In this document: one piece after another, positions 63,201 to 64,000 of the stretch
Numbering within the stretch: the first letter of the stretch is position 1
Layout of the letters: every line of letters starts with the position of its first letter
NCBI RefSeq assembly: GCF_001194135.2
Contig: NC_068983.1
Location: forward strand, 149,598,407 to 149,662,406
DNA: 64,000 bases
Direction of reading: 5' to 3'
Source of the DNA: Octopus bimaculoides
Taxonomy: Eukaryota
Notes under the pieces: model-generated
The model's database searches: none
What the model saw: only the letters and a program-made list of their open reading frames with translations
What the model was told of the DNA's origin: nothing
Made by a program: the position numbers and the translations under genes

Positions 63201-63567
63201 TACACATTAGAGAAATATAAATGATCTCTAAAACATATAAAGCAAATATTCATTTTTCTGTTTCTGTGTAATATCAGTAATTTTCTTTTGTAGCCACATT
63301 TAAGGATAAAAGCATGTATACATAAAATATAAAAAGCAAAGTCAACATACCAATTAAAGAGGTAATAACACCTAATGTTATCTGGGTAATTCCTATTAGT
63401 TTGGGCCATGGTTGCTGCCAAATTTTGGTTTCATCTGAAACCATGTTAGGATGGATCTGTTTGTCATATTGGATGTAGTTGTTTGGCTGGAAATTCACGA
63501 CAGTTATTCGAGAGCTGCTTTCTGTAGAGATGTCATCATTTTGCAGCTGGTATTGAAATGATTCCAT
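46714..63567 (-). CDS. CD20/MS4A-like four-transmembrane protein, 244 aa
   Basis: Coding exons 63567-63351, 57202-57099, 54014-53958, 49024-48914, 48110-47934 and 46782-46714, phases 1,0,0,0,0, total 735 nt including TGA. Start context CCACCATGG. Four hydrophobic helices: LIGITQITLGVITSLIGIAEVVVI, YGIGIIAGLLLVITGSTAI, FLNLTILTLILYAFFTVLLIVGY, IFLTVSCILGLLFTLAAFI. A CPCC cluster follows TM4. Confidence 0.85.
47524..47721. mobile_element. piggyBac-type MITE, 190 bp
   Basis: TTAA|CCCTTTAGCATT ... AATGCTAAAGGG|TTAA: perfect 12 bp TIR, CCC/GGG ends, TTAA duplication. Confidence 0.85.
47934..48110 (-). CDS. MS4A-like coding exon 5 (TM4)
   Basis: EKSSMYGTHIFLTVSCILGLLFTLAAFIQY...CPCCLQLLDK; donor GTAAGG. 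Confidence 0.85.
48914..49024 (-). CDS. MS4A-like coding exon 4 (TM3)
   Basis: VSRFLNLTILTLILYAFFTVLLIVGYNLKWTTKSSYP; donor GTAAGT. Confidence 0.85.
50833..51150 (-). mobile_element. RTE 3' end
   Basis: Reverse complement of the shared 3' UTR; (CAT)n. Confidence 0.9.
52125..52850 (-). mobile_element. RTE 3' end with last ORF codons
   Basis: Reverse strand encodes EGTCGRSRPRKTWDEVVKHDLRTLGL, followed by the 3' UTR. Confidence 0.9.
52848..53412. mobile_element. About 520 bp non-coding repeat bracketed by (AAT)n on both sides
   Basis: (AAT)n at 52851-52870 and 53389-53412, same orientation, enclosing a higher-complexity block. Confidence 0.5.
53958..54014 (-). CDS. MS4A-like coding exon 3 (57 nt)
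   Basis: LVITGSTAIRASISQRLTT; acceptor ttccctatctAG, donor GTAAGT, phase 0-0. Confidence 0.85.
55535..55992 (+). mobile_element. RTE 3' UTR copy
   Basis: Shared 3' UTR and (GAT)n tail. Confidence 0.9.
56107..56326 (+). mobile_element. Internally deleted mariner (MITE-sized)
   Basis: Imperfect TIRs (AAGGGGTGCCAAAAAGTTC versus the reverse complement of GAACTTTTCAGTAACACCTCATA) enclose a decayed mariner C-terminus (WLEAQLSEYF...RGEYVE stop). Confidence 0.65.
56410..56946 (+). mobile_element. RTE 3' UTR copy (long variant)
   Basis: Contains the CATTGGACACTAA...GCGAAGACCTGTTG module also seen at 14185-14330. Confidence 0.9.
57099..57202 (-). CDS. MS4A-like coding exon 2
   Basis: IAEVVVIPLKEFGDGAIYFGKLNCYGIGIIAGLL; donor GTAAGT. 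Confidence 0.85.
57420..58010 (-). mobile_element. mariner DD34D transposase relic
   Basis: QSMQWKHP, KVMASIFWDAKG, LLHQDNAPAH, HPPYFPDLAPSDY; 34 residues between the last two catalytic Asp; both ends degraded. Confidence 0.9.
60985..61725 (-). mobile_element. RTE LINE, decayed
   Basis: Reverse strand carries the TKGLTLKAKGRLHDA-like ORF remnant and 3' UTR. Confidence 0.85.
63351..63567 (-). CDS. MS4A-like coding exon 1 (N-terminal tail and TM1)
   Basis: Acceptor gcttacAG at 63606, Kozak ATG at 63567, donor GTATGT. A probable UTR exon lies upstream, ending at 63760 (CAG|GTAAGC). Confidence 0.85.
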
Positions 63568-64000
63568 GGTGGGATTGAAAAGGTAGCTATTTGGTGCTTC
63601 TTGAACTGTAAGCAAATACAATATTTAAACAAACAAAGAAATGGGAATTGGAAATAAAATTTAGTATCAAATTCAAAATGATGAGTCCCATAGTCCATTA
63701 TAGGGGCATCACTGGAACCTTAATCTTTATGCAGACAAACTACACTTAACAAAGCTTACCTGTTTCTAATAAATATTTACAAGAATAAGACTTAAAATAA
63801 GACAACACTTCAAGCTAACCAAAACATTTCTAAGTTTATAGTTTCCAGTGCTTACTGAAGCAAGGTGTACTTCTATATGGTACCTACTTACAGCTAAGTA
63901 GACTAAGCCATTGAAAGTGAAGTGCTTTGACAACTGGTGATATTGTATGAACTACTCATTCCTTTGTTGATAGACTGGCACCTTCTTATCTGTACATTTA

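Overview
AT-rich, repeat-dense eukaryotic scaffold with six N-gaps (10148-10225, 13988-14106, 15765-16277, 26574-27027, 34567-35123, 59514-59654). The SINE and RTE families look like those of Octopus (cephalopod mollusc; an inference from recall, not a database search). I reconstructed three spliced protein-coding genes by hand, with GT-AG junctions and matching intron phases. (1) NRDE2 on the minus strand: 8 coding exons at 20618-1240, about 1026 aa, continuing past the left edge. (2) COA1, a mitochondrial complex IV assembly factor, on the plus strand: 4 coding exons at 30998-35701, 141 aa, divergent from NRDE2. (3) A complete CD20/MS4A-like four-transmembrane protein on the minus strand: 6 coding exons at 63567-46714, 244 aa. 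None of these genes is visible as a whole in the ORF track. The rest is mostly decayed mobile DNA: many 5'-truncated RTE LINE copies, three tRNA-derived SINE families, Tc1/mariner relics, a piggyBac-type MITE, a Helitron 3' end, a CR1/L2 relic and microsatellites. The most notable unexplained items are an orphan spliced exon pair at 39788-40011, a duplicated ORF-like block at 38782-39530, two strong hairpins, inverted RTE pairs flanking exons, and a CpG-rich domain between the divergent genes. I found no evidence for a wholly new multi-gene system.
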